Notes under the pieces: generated by a model | What the model was told of the DNA's origin: nothing | Database searches by the model: none | Seen by the model: the letters and a program-made list of their open reading frames with translations, nothing else | Translations under genes and position numbers: made by a program | In this document: positions 1-7,281 of the stretch, piece after piece | How positions within the stretch are numbered: position 1 is the first letter of the stretch | Layout of the letters: each line of letters opens with the position of its first letter | Source: Candidatus Micrarchaeota archaeon | Lineage (GTDB): Archaea; Micrarchaeota; Micrarchaeia; Norongarragalinales; SBBD01 | Direction: 5' to 3' | NCBI GenBank assembly: GCA_038046605.1 | Contig: JBBSVW010000058.1 | Location: 1 to 11,936 of the forward strand | Length of the DNA: 11,936 nt

Positions 1-48
1 ATTGATTTCTAGAGCAAAGCTATAGGGATTGAAAATCCAATCGTCCAT
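1..48 (-). CDS. Possible 5' end of a gene running off the left edge (MDDWIFNPYSFALEIN...)
   Basis: ATG at 48-46, 8 nt after the stop of the ThiS/SAMP gene on the same strand. The frame is open to the window edge but only 16 codons are visible. Confidence 0.3.
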   Translation of the reverse strand, partial: MDDWIFNPYSFALEIN

Positions 49-56
49 TCGTTTTC

Positions 57-257
57 CTATCCACCGTAAATTACATTCAGGAACTCGAGCTCATCTCCCG
101 TATTAAGTTCGGTATCCTCATGGGCAATTTTGCCGTTGAGCTTGATTAGGAATGTCTCATCATTGAGGCCCATTTTTTGAATTAGCGATTTTACCTTTTT
201 ATCCTCGCCAACCTCCACTGACTTTGATTTGCCTCCCTGCACAAGCTTTATTTTCAT
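57..257 (-). CDS. MoaD/ThiS-family ubiquitin-like protein (SAMP-like sulfur carrier or protein modifier), 66 aa
   Basis: Size and pattern fit a beta-grasp fold (LNGKI...LNTGDELEFL). It ends in the C-terminal di-glycine (VIYGG). It starts 6 nt after the M50 protease stop. Confidence 0.9.
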   Translation of the reverse strand: MKIKLVQGGKSKSVEVGEDKKVKSLIQKMGLNDETFLIKLNGKIAHEDTELNTGDELEFLNVIYGG

Positions 258-263
258 ATTTTC

Positions 264-1631
264 TCAACTGAAGCTAGGGATGAAGTTGATGAGGAGCAAG
301 ATTACGGAAAGCGCGCCTGCAACGATCGCAATTCTCTTGGCAAAGCTGTCATTCCTGCTTGGGAAAAGCTCCTTTGCCTCCTCAAACACCAGCCGGTAGC
401 CATCGGTTAGGAAAATTGGAACCAGGTTGATGACCGCAAGCGCGAAATTGATGAGCATGATAAGGCCTAGGGTGCTTGTTATGAATAGCAAAGTGGCGAC
501 ATAGCCATCATCTTTTGGGAAGTAGTTTTCCATGGTAATGCCAAGTTTTCCATCCTTGCCCAAAACAACGTTCCGTGCTCCAGATGCCATCATCAATGAA
601 ACGGTTTCCCCCTCCTTTTTGGTTGCCATGTAGGTTCGGAATTCCTCAAGGGTGTTCATCGCCTTCCCATCAATTCCCTGCACGATATCGCCAACCTTCA
701 AAATTCCATTTGCAACCGCATCCTTCCCAAAGCCCGTGATCCTAATCCCATCGGAAAAGCCCATCACATATGGCGCCCAAAGGAAATTCGTAAGGGGCAC
801 AAGCAATAAGAAAAGCATGAAATTGGAAGTGGTTCCCGCAATCAAAATCCGCCTTTTTTGCTGGATCTTCATTTTCGCAAGCTTTTGCTCATTTGGCTCC
901 ACAAACGCCCCTACCGGCAGCACGCCAAATAAAATCGCCCCCGAATTCTTGACCTCCAATTTTTCAACCATGGCAAGGATGCCATGTGCAACCTCATGGA
1001 TGGTTGCAGCTATGATGATAGCAATTAGTCCCTCCCAAAATGGGATAGTAACTCCTGGAACAACAAGCGCTGCCCCCGCAGTGCTTCCTGGAACGGTTAG
1101 GATGTTTAGCGCCTGTATTAAGAGGGATGCGATTCCAAAGGCAAGAAGACCGCCAAGCACGCCAATTGCCGGCAGGATGAAGCTCTTTAGCTCATCGCCG
1201 AAGATGGTGATGTTGGAGCCTGCAAGCAGCAACCCAAATATGGCGCTTACGATTATGAGGTGTGAGAGGAATTTTAGGATGTTTTTCCTATAGATCAAAA
1301 ATCCGTATATCATGCCAAAGCCCAAACTCAATCCAAAATCCGCAAGCGCCCGCATTAATTTTGGGTGCCTTGCAAAGTACCTCATCGCGGAAAAGCCCTT
1401 CTCACCGCGCAAAATGATGATCCCGTAATAGTTCTCCAATTTCCCAAACCTGGAGATTAGGTTGCCGGAAGTAAAAAGGATCAGGAGGATCAATGGCGCC
1501 TTGATGAAATTATTAAGGGTGGATGTTGCCGTCCAGAAGAATGCAGCAACCCCCAGGATAATTGCCAGCAAGAGGAGCAGTTTATCGGAATTATCCATCC
1601 TCTCCTTTTTAACGGGGTCAACCTTTGCCAT
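264..1631 (-). CDS. Site-2 protease (peptidase M50) intramembrane zinc metalloprotease with PDZ domain, ~455 aa
   Basis: HExxH motif (IHEVAHG) in a hydrophobic segment, GAFVEP, AGxxxN, a PDZ-like stretch (LKVGDIVQGIDG) and NLVPIFLTDG (NxxPxxxxDG). Many TM segments. Start chosen at ATG 1631 because GGAGG lies at 1640-1636. Alternative ATGs are at 1688, 1673 and 1598. Confidence 0.92.
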   Translation of the reverse strand: MAKVDPVKKERMDNSDKLLLLLAIILGVAAFFWTATSTLNNFIKAPLILLILFTSGNLISRFGKLENYYGIIILRGEKGFSAMRYFARHPKLMRALADFGLSLGFGMIYGFLIYRKNILKFLSHLIIVSAIFGLLLAGSNITIFGDELKSFILPAIGVLGGLLAFGIASLLIQALNILTVPGSTAGAALVVPGVTIPFWEGLIAIIIAATIHEVAHGILAMVEKLEVKNSGAILFGVLPVGAFVEPNEQKLAKMKIQQKRRILIAGTTSNFMLFLLLVPLTNFLWAPYVMGFSDGIRITGFGKDAVANGILKVGDIVQGIDGKAMNTLEEFRTYMATKKEGETVSLMMASGARNVVLGKDGKLGITMENYFPKDDGYVATLLFITSTLGLIMLINFALAVINLVPIFLTDGYRLVFEEAKELFPSRNDSFAKRIAIVAGALSVILLLINFIPSFS

Positions 1632-1727
1632 TTTGCCTCCCTTATCATTCCGCGTGATTATTTTCCTTTTCATCAGCTTCAACCTCATTATTTATTACTT
1701 CCTGACCGGCATAAGTATTGGATGCAT

Positions 1728-2273
1728 ATGCCCAAAAAGCGCGCCAAGCAGCGAAAGGTAAATAATCTGTATTTGACGTTTAAATTCGTTTCGCTATTCT
1801 TAGCGCTATCATTATTTGCCTACCTAGTGCTTTCATTAACGAACATCCCCAATCTTGTAGCCGCCTATACCTCCCAACTTGCCCTGAAAGTGTTTTTCAA
1901 CCTGAATTCCGCCTTGATCCTCAATGGGCAATTCCCCCTCATCCAAACCCCAAACCTCCTCGCGCAGATAGTGGATTTATGCTCCGGAAAAATCGAGCTT
2001 GCGGTGATGTTCGGCATAATTTTCGCCAGTTTTGAGAAAAGAATGGGCTACCGGGTAAAGGGCTTCCTGCTTGGGGTGCTTGTGATGCTCGCCTTTAACG
2101 CCATCCGCATCGCCACGACAATTTATTACTTCGATGTGGGCGCGCTGGAATGGACCGCGGCACTGCATGACTTCCTCTTCCGGATGTTCCTTATTATTGT
2201 GATTGTCACTTACTATGCGATCTGGTATTACTATGACCTCCCCCGAAAGGCATCAAAAAGGAGCTCGACCTAA
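1728..2273 (+). CDS. Exosortase/archaeosortase family membrane protein, ~181 aa
   Basis: About four hydrophobic segments with the family's catalytic pattern: IVDLCSG (Cys), FNAIRI (Arg) and ALHD (His). ATG at 1728 or 1722. Confidence 0.85.
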   Translation: MPKKRAKQRKVNNLYLTFKFVSLFLALSLFAYLVLSLTNIPNLVAAYTSQLALKVFFNLNSALILNGQFPLIQTPNLLAQIVDLCSGKIELAVMFGIIFASFEKRMGYRVKGFLLGVLVMLAFNAIRIATTIYYFDVGALEWTAALHDFLFRMFLIIVIVTYYAIWYYYDLPRKASKRSST

Positions 2274-3084
2274 AGCAAAGCGAAATGCTTCACATCCCCT
2301 GCCCTCAAAGAAAGACGAAGCCGACAAGATTCAGCGCTCCGCCTCAAATTCCGCTCCATTTAAGGAAGAAGAGGCAGGGGTTGGATATATTGCTCCACGA
2401 GCCAGAAAAAGGAAAATCGAAAAACTCAAGTGGAACGGCCATTCCCTGCTGGTTTTTCCCGAAGTATATTTCCCCCATGAGGATTCCTTCCTGCTAGCGG
2501 AAGCGGCGGAAAAGCACGCATCCGGAAAGGTGCTGGATTTGGGCTGCGGCACCGGAATAGCCGGCATCTTTGCTTCCAAAAACCCAGAAGTAACGGAAAT
2601 CGTTTTCGCCGACATTTCAAAAAAAGCGCTTGAAAACGCGAAATTGAATTTTGAACAAAATAGGAAAGACGAAACCATGCTCCCGACCAAATTAAATCCC
2701 CAAAATAATCAGCTCCAAATGAATAAAATCAAAATATCATTCATTCAAACCGATTTGTTCCCCAACCTCAAAAAACTGAAATTCGGAACCATCCTCTTCA
2801 ACCCTCCCTATCTCCCCACAAGCAAGGAAGAAAAGCTGAAGGGCGGCATCAACCGGGCGTTCGACGGAGGAAAGGACGGCCGGAAGGTGATCGATAATTT
2901 CCTCCTGCAATTCAGCTCCCATCTCACAGCAAACGGAAGCCTGCTCTATCTCAACAGCTCCCTCACCAACACTGAAAAGACGCTCTCGTTCCTTTCGAAG
3001 CACGGATTTTCCATCCAAACCCTCTCATCACAGCGGTTTTTCTTCGAGGAACTTTCCGTGCTGATGGTGAAGCGAAAGGCATAA
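2233..3084 (+). CDS. HemK2/Mtq2-family N5-glutamine protein methyltransferase (probable release-factor methyltransferase)
   Basis: VYFPHEDSFLL (VYxPxEDS), motif I VLDGCGTG-type VLDLGCGTG, ADIS, TDLF, FNPPY and FDGGKDGR. The start is uncertain: the last in-frame ATG before the domain is 2233, which overlaps the archaeosortase by 41 nt. Confidence 0.88.
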   Translation: MTSPERHQKGARPKAKRNASHPLPSKKDEADKIQRSASNSAPFKEEEAGVGYIAPRARKRKIEKLKWNGHSLLVFPEVYFPHEDSFLLAEAAEKHASGKVLDLGCGTGIAGIFASKNPEVTEIVFADISKKALENAKLNFEQNRKDETMLPTKLNPQNNQLQMNKIKISFIQTDLFPNLKKLKFGTILFNPPYLPTSKEEKLKGGINRAFDGGKDGRKVIDNFLLQFSSHLTANGSLLYLNSSLTNTEKTLSFLSKHGFSIQTLSSQRFFFEELSVLMVKRKA

Positions 3085-3120
3085 GACAAAATTCAGCTAT
3101 TATTACAAAATTCGGTTAAA

Positions 3121-3153
3121 TTATACCAGCTGGTTTTAAACCAAAAGGTATAA
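3121..3153. repeat. 33-bp imperfect palindrome between convergent genes
   Basis: TTATACC-agc-TGGTTT-t-AAACCA-aaa-GGTATAA has nested 7-bp and 6-bp perfect inverted arms, with 26 of 33 positions symmetric. Confidence 0.7.
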
Positions 3154-3163
3154 CGGCAAAGAA

Positions 3164-3982
3164 TCAGAGCTTCCTCCCCAGGTACAGCATGTTGCTCTGC
3201 ACCTTGTCCTCCTCCGATTCTACCAACTTCAAGGGTTGCACCCTCCCACCGAACACGTCGGAGAGCAATTCGCGAAGGCTAGAAGTCGGGTCCCATACAA
3301 TTGAATGGCCTTCCCTATCGGCACCCATCAGCATGATGCTCTCCTTGTATGGAATCACCGCCTCCCCTTTTGGGGCCCTCTCCTTGCTGCTTTGATCGTA
3401 GAACCGCATCCCTCCGGTTTTTATCGGGCCCTTCATCCCGTACTGCTCCTGCTGGATTTTGGGGCGCTTTGCAAGCAAGTAGTCCGCGATAAGAATCAGC
3501 CCTCCGGGCTTCGTAAGTTCCAGCATGTTCTCCAAAACAATTTCCGGCTGGGGGGTGACGCAAAGGCCGTAAGTCATCACTGCCAGATCCGCCTTCCCCC
3601 TTCCAACGTAGCTCAGTGCATCACGCGCATCCCCGAGCTGCAACTGAACGTTCTCATATTGCAATTTATTCACTTTCCTCTTCGCCTCTTCCAGCATCCC
3701 TCTTGTTATGTCCAATCCCAACACTTGCAGATTTGGGTGATAGTAATAACCCGCTTCTATATTTCTCCCGCTCCCTACTGCTAATTCCACCACCTGCCCT
3801 CCGCCATTTTTCGCAATTTGCCATGCCGCGGAATGATGGGTGCGGGCGCATTCATGCACGAATTCCTGGTCGAGCAGGGACAAATACCCATTCATCCACT
3901 CGTCGTATTTAGGCCCAAAATAGCGCTTTTGAATCGTTTTCAACTCCACGCCCCGCTCCACGTCGCCCTCGCTCCCCTCCAT
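3164..3982 (-). CDS. Class I SAM-dependent methyltransferase (UbiE/PmtA-like small-molecule type), 272 aa
   Basis: Motif I VVELAVGSG, GLDITRGML, GDA, ADLAVMTYGLC and LTKPGGLILIAD. The substrate cannot be determined from sequence. Confidence 0.88.
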   Translation of the reverse strand: MEGSEGDVERGVELKTIQKRYFGPKYDEWMNGYLSLLDQEFVHECARTHHSAAWQIAKNGGGQVVELAVGSGRNIEAGYYYHPNLQVLGLDITRGMLEEAKRKVNKLQYENVQLQLGDARDALSYVGRGKADLAVMTYGLCVTPQPEIVLENMLELTKPGGLILIADYLLAKRPKIQQEQYGMKGPIKTGGMRFYDQSSKERAPKGEAVIPYKESIMLMGADREGHSIVWDPTSSLRELLSDVFGGRVQPLKLVESEEDKVQSNMLYLGRKL

Positions 3983-4054
3983 AATTTACCACCGGAATCC
4001 AGTGGGATTTGTAAAATATATGATTTATTTTCATTTTTTTTGTCCAATAGCAAC

Positions 4055-4075
4055 TTTTAATAATATTATTGTGAT
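4055..4075 (+). promoter_or_regulatory. Putative archaeal TATA box and operator region of the Lrp gene, inside the divergent methyltransferase/Lrp intergenic region
   Basis: TTTTAATA at 4055-4062 lies 23 nt before ATG 4086. It overlaps the 12-bp palindrome AATAATATTATT (4059-4070). GTGAT is at 4071-4075. Confidence 0.45.
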
Positions 4076-4085
4076 TAATCTAAAC

Positions 4086-5060
4086 ATGAGCGAATTCCAT
4101 TTGGATCAGAAGGATCGGAGGCTGCTCGCAGGCCTGGACCGGAACGCGCGTTCGCCGACCTCACTTCTGGCAAAAAAGGTCGCGCTTTCAAAGCAGGCCG
4201 CTGCTTACCGGCTGGAGCGCCTGCAGAAGAATGGCGTCATCTCCGGTTTCCTGACAATTATCAATCTTCCCCTCTTGGGGTACACTGGCTTCCAGCTCTA
4301 TTTGAAACTCAGGAGCGCTCCCCGCAAGAAAGAGGAAGCGCTTGTAACTTACGCACTCAACCATCCCCGAGTAATTTGGGGCATCCGCTGCACCGGCAGT
4401 TGGGATTTCCTGATTCTGTTTGCAGAGCATTCCGTTAAAGAATTCGATTCGGATTTGAAGGCGCTCATGCGCGAATTCTCGCCCTTCATCGCAACAACCG
4501 CCTTTTCCGTCTACACTTCCTGGCGCCATCTGAATCACAAGTATATTACCGGGGAGGAACCCGCAATTCGTTTTCTAAGGGAGAGCAAAACTGCCGAGCC
4601 GATCGATGAACTGGACCGCAAAATCTTATCCATAATTTCTACAAATTGCAGGGCCTCCTTATTGGAACTCGCAGCAAGAACTAAAATTCCAGCTTCCACA
4701 GTTGCCTACCGGCTGAAGGAATTGCAGAAACGAAGAATAATCGTAGGCTTCATGCCGCACCTTGATTTCAACAAAACCGGCTACCAATACTTTCATGTAA
4801 TCCTGAAACTCCGCCCAAATGTCACCGATGAAAGGAAATCCCAGTTCCTGCGGTTTTTCGAATTCCACCCCAATATTGTGTACATTGAGGAATGCTTCGG
4901 CGAAGCCGATTTGGAGCTTGAAGCGCACTTCCGGAATGCGATTGAACTCCGGGAATTCCTCGTTGGCATTCGCGGCAGGTTCGGGGAAGCCTTGGAATCA
5001 GATGAGTCCGTTCTCGCGTTTGATGTGATAAAGTATAATTACTTCCCTTTCAAAACCTAA
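4086..5060 (+). CDS. Tandem (double) Lrp/AsnC-family transcriptional regulator, ~324 aa
   Basis: Two wHTH+RAM units. The first is LDQKDRRLLAGLDRNARSP...AYRLERLQKNGVI followed by CTGSWDFL. The second is IDELDRKILSIISTNCRAS...AYRLKELQKRRII followed by CFGEADLE. ATG 4086 gives the typical N-terminus. Confidence 0.92.
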   Translation: MSEFHLDQKDRRLLAGLDRNARSPTSLLAKKVALSKQAAAYRLERLQKNGVISGFLTIINLPLLGYTGFQLYLKLRSAPRKKEEALVTYALNHPRVIWGIRCTGSWDFLILFAEHSVKEFDSDLKALMREFSPFIATTAFSVYTSWRHLNHKYITGEEPAIRFLRESKTAEPIDELDRKILSIISTNCRASLLELAARTKIPASTVAYRLKELQKRRIIVGFMPHLDFNKTGYQYFHVILKLRPNVTDERKSQFLRFFEFHPNIVYIEECFGEADLELEAHFRNAIELREFLVGIRGRFGEALESDESVLAFDVIKYNYFPFKT

Positions 5061-5197
5061 CCCCCATCTTCCTCAATTCGGCCATTACCTGCTCCGTACT
5101 CTGGAAATAAATCGTCCGGATGCCTGCCGCCTTCGCCCCGACCAAATAATCCTGCCTGTCACCGATGAAAATCATCCGATCCGCGCCTTCGCCAACC

Positions 5198-5206
5198 TTT
5201 TTATTA
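5198..5206 (+). promoter_or_regulatory. Putative TATA box of the HAD gene
   Basis: TTTTTATTA ends 21 nt before ATG 5228. The same spacing is seen at 4055, 9223 and 11896. Confidence 0.45.
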
Positions 5207-5227
5207 CCTCGAAGACATCTTCATAAC

Positions 5228-5827
5228 ATGGGCCTATTCCGCTTCGATTATTGGACGCAAAGGCTGACCATAATTATAGCCCTGCTGCTCTTTTTTTCCG
5301 GCTGGCTCTTGCTTGAGGAAACCCGTGACTACCTTCTTTGGATTGCCGTTTCATACCTGCTTGCGATTTTTATCTATCCATACTTCAAGAAGTACTTCTT
5401 TTCCAAAACCGTCATCTTTGATTTTGTTGGTGTTGTGAATATCGGCACGATGGAGGATTATTACATGGGCAACATTTTTGTGCGCCCGGGCATGCGCGAA
5501 TTGATTGAACGCCTAAAGGTGAACAACAAAGTTGTGCTCTTTTCCAACAACCCCTGGGAGGCGCACCAGGTTTTCAGCAAGAAACTAGGGCTTGATTCCC
5601 TCTTTGATTTTCAGTACACATCCGGCTCCATAAAGCACCGCAAGCCCTTTGCCGAGGCATACCGGATCATCCTAGGGAATATTAATTCCAGGCCCGGCGC
5701 ATCGGTTATGGTTGATGATAGGACGGACTACCTGACCGGCGCTTCGGAAATAGGCATGCACACAATTTTGTTCAAGGACATGGAGCAGTTAATGGCAGAT
5801 TTGAGGGCGCTTGGATATAGGTTCTAG
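5228..5827 (+). CDS. HAD-superfamily (subfamily IA-like) hydrolase with two N-terminal transmembrane helices, ~199 aa
   Basis: Motif I VIFDFVGV, motif II LFSNN, motif III RKP, motif IV MVDDR and GASEIGMHTI. Hydrophobic segments LTIIIALLLFFSGWLLL and YLLWIAVSYLLAIFIY come first. Confidence 0.85.
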   Translation: MGLFRFDYWTQRLTIIIALLLFFSGWLLLEETRDYLLWIAVSYLLAIFIYPYFKKYFFSKTVIFDFVGVVNIGTMEDYYMGNIFVRPGMRELIERLKVNNKVVLFSNNPWEAHQVFSKKLGLDSLFDFQYTSGSIKHRKPFAEAYRIILGNINSRPGASVMVDDRTDYLTGASEIGMHTILFKDMEQLMADLRALGYRF

Positions 5828-6900
5828 TTTTTGATGAAGTAATCCTCCCGAAAATCTATCAGTTTTCTCCAATGGGCATCCCGTTTTTCCCTATCCCCTG
5901 GTACGTTCCAGAATTTTTTATCGGCAAAGGGTTTTCCCCTAACCGCTTTGATCATGGCCGCGGATGGGCCTTCCGTCAATCCAAGACTTCTCCTTAATCT
6001 ATTAAGGAAAAAGCACCGGAATTCCAGGCCCTTTTGCTTAAGCGTTTCGAAATCAAGGGAAAGGAGCTTGATCCATTGCTCCTGGCTTATTTGCGCTAAT
6101 TTCTCGTGAATATCAATGATCCTTCCCATATCGCCCACAAATTCGCCGTCCACTTTCAGCGCCCATTTTTTCAATCCCTTAATCGGATCGCCCTTGTACT
6201 GAGAATGGCAGGTTATCCCCTCAAGCCAGAAATCCACATTTTCGTAGATGCAATAGATTGCTATGCGGTCAGCCGGGAAGCTGCGCGCCCCCTTCCAAAG
6301 GGAAAGCGGCTTAAGGTTCATGAAATTCTTAATTACCAGGATCTGGTTCTTCTTCAAATTCCTGCTTTTATATGGCCCTACATATTCGAAGGCGTTCCCC
6401 ATGTAGATGTCTGTGAACAATCCGTCCGTCAAATGATACCCCGAATTGGTGATTTTTCCAAGCAATTTGGCAATATCAGGATTCCCCTCTTGGAATTTTG
6501 ATTCCCCAATGATTTTATCAATTTCCTCCTGGGAATGGGCCCGGTTTGCTTTCCTGTTGTATGCATCCGTTCGCCTCCAGCCTGATATGATTGAATGGAA
6601 CAGGCGGGCAATCCTTTCCCGATCCTCGAATTTTAGTTTAGCTACTTTCATATCCAGGGAGGTAAAGTAAACCTGGTCCAATGCTTCAGAAGGGCTATCC
6701 GTGAATTTGTAAATATTCTCCCAGGATATGTTGCCGTTTTCTATGCTTTTGCATACCTCCAAGAGCCATTCACACCATTCTTTGGCAAATAGGGGATGGA
6801 ATTGCATATGGGAAAATGGCGCAAGGGTTTGGAAGTCCATTGATGTTGCCCAATTCAATGATTGTTCTGCAAGTTGGTTTTTCCAATCATCAGATTTCAT
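5824..6900 (-). CDS. Hypothetical soluble protein, 358 aa, no family recognised
   Basis: A long ORF with globular composition that fills the space exactly. Its ATG overlaps the upstream swivel-domain gene by 11 nt and its stop shares CTAG with the HAD stop. Confidence 0.85.
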   Translation of the reverse strand: MKSDDWKNQLAEQSLNWATSMDFQTLAPFSHMQFHPLFAKEWCEWLLEVCKSIENGNISWENIYKFTDSPSEALDQVYFTSLDMKVAKLKFEDRERIARLFHSIISGWRRTDAYNRKANRAHSQEEIDKIIGESKFQEGNPDIAKLLGKITNSGYHLTDGLFTDIYMGNAFEYVGPYKSRNLKKNQILVIKNFMNLKPLSLWKGARSFPADRIAIYCIYENVDFWLEGITCHSQYKGDPIKGLKKWALKVDGEFVGDMGRIIDIHEKLAQISQEQWIKLLSLDFETLKQKGLEFRCFFLNRLRRSLGLTEGPSAAMIKAVRGKPFADKKFWNVPGDREKRDAHWRKLIDFREDYFIKN

Positions 6901-7213
6901 AAATTTCCCCTTTGAGGCCGTCCACGCTCACTTTCATGCCTTCCTTCAGCTTGGTCGTACCATTCTTTGTGTTCACAATGCATGGAACACCTAGTTCCCT
7001 AGCAAGAATCGATGGGTGCGACATCAATCCCCCCATATCGCAAATTATAGCGGCTGCTTTATTCATCATAACCGTCATCGAAGGGTCGGTTATTCTCGTG
7101 ACTAGGATTTCGCCATCTAAAAACCGGCTGTAATCTCCAATTCCCCGGATTATCCTAACCCTTCCAGTTGCCTTCCCCGGGCTTGCGCCGATGCCTTTCA
7201 AAACAAGTTTCAT
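6890..7213 (-). CDS. Stand-alone PEP-utilising enzyme mobile (phospho-histidine swivel) domain protein, 107 aa
   Basis: GIGASPGKATGRVRII, GEILVTRITDP, GGLMSHPSILARELGVPCIV (His66, codon 7018-7016) and VSVDGLKG. GTGAT lies 4 nt upstream of ATG 7213. It has no ATP-grasp or PEP-binding barrel. Confidence 0.93.
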   Translation of the reverse strand: MKLVLKGIGASPGKATGRVRIIRGIGDYSRFLDGEILVTRITDPSMTVMMNKAAAIICDMGGLMSHPSILARELGVPCIVNTKNGTTKLKEGMKVSVDGLKGEIYEI

Positions 7214-7281
7214 ATGAATCACGTTAAAAAGATTCCAGGCATGATGTTCATTAAACTATTCCGCTTCGTGTGATTAATAAT

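Noticed and set aside
652-1293. 213-aa + strand ORF
   Set aside because: It lies antisense within the well-supported M50 protease and has no motifs, so it is a shadow ORF.
2285-2497. 70-aa ORF considered as a frameshifted N-terminus of HemK2
   Set aside because: The HemK2 frame is already open across this region, the peptide has no motif, and there is no convincing slippery site.
3189-4060. Several overlapping 60-160 aa ORFs
   Set aside because: All overlap the methyltransferase gene, which has clear motifs, and their composition is not protein-like.
4002-4085. Extended N-termini in the ORF track (also 5165, 7222, 7270, 8180, 10625)
   Set aside because: These run through AT-rich promoter or RBS sequence. 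Downstream ATGs fit the family N-termini and the TATA/SD spacing better.
6890-7213. Calling the swivel gene ppsA or a pseudogene
   Set aside because: No flanking remnants of ATP-grasp or barrel domains are visible. The domain boundaries are clean, with its own RBS and an intact His.
7269-7278. TGTGATTAAT shared with 4070-4079, considered as an Lrp operator
   Set aside because: It is adequately explained as the archaeal SD-type GTGAT in AT-rich context before start codons. An operator role is not excluded but is unsupported.
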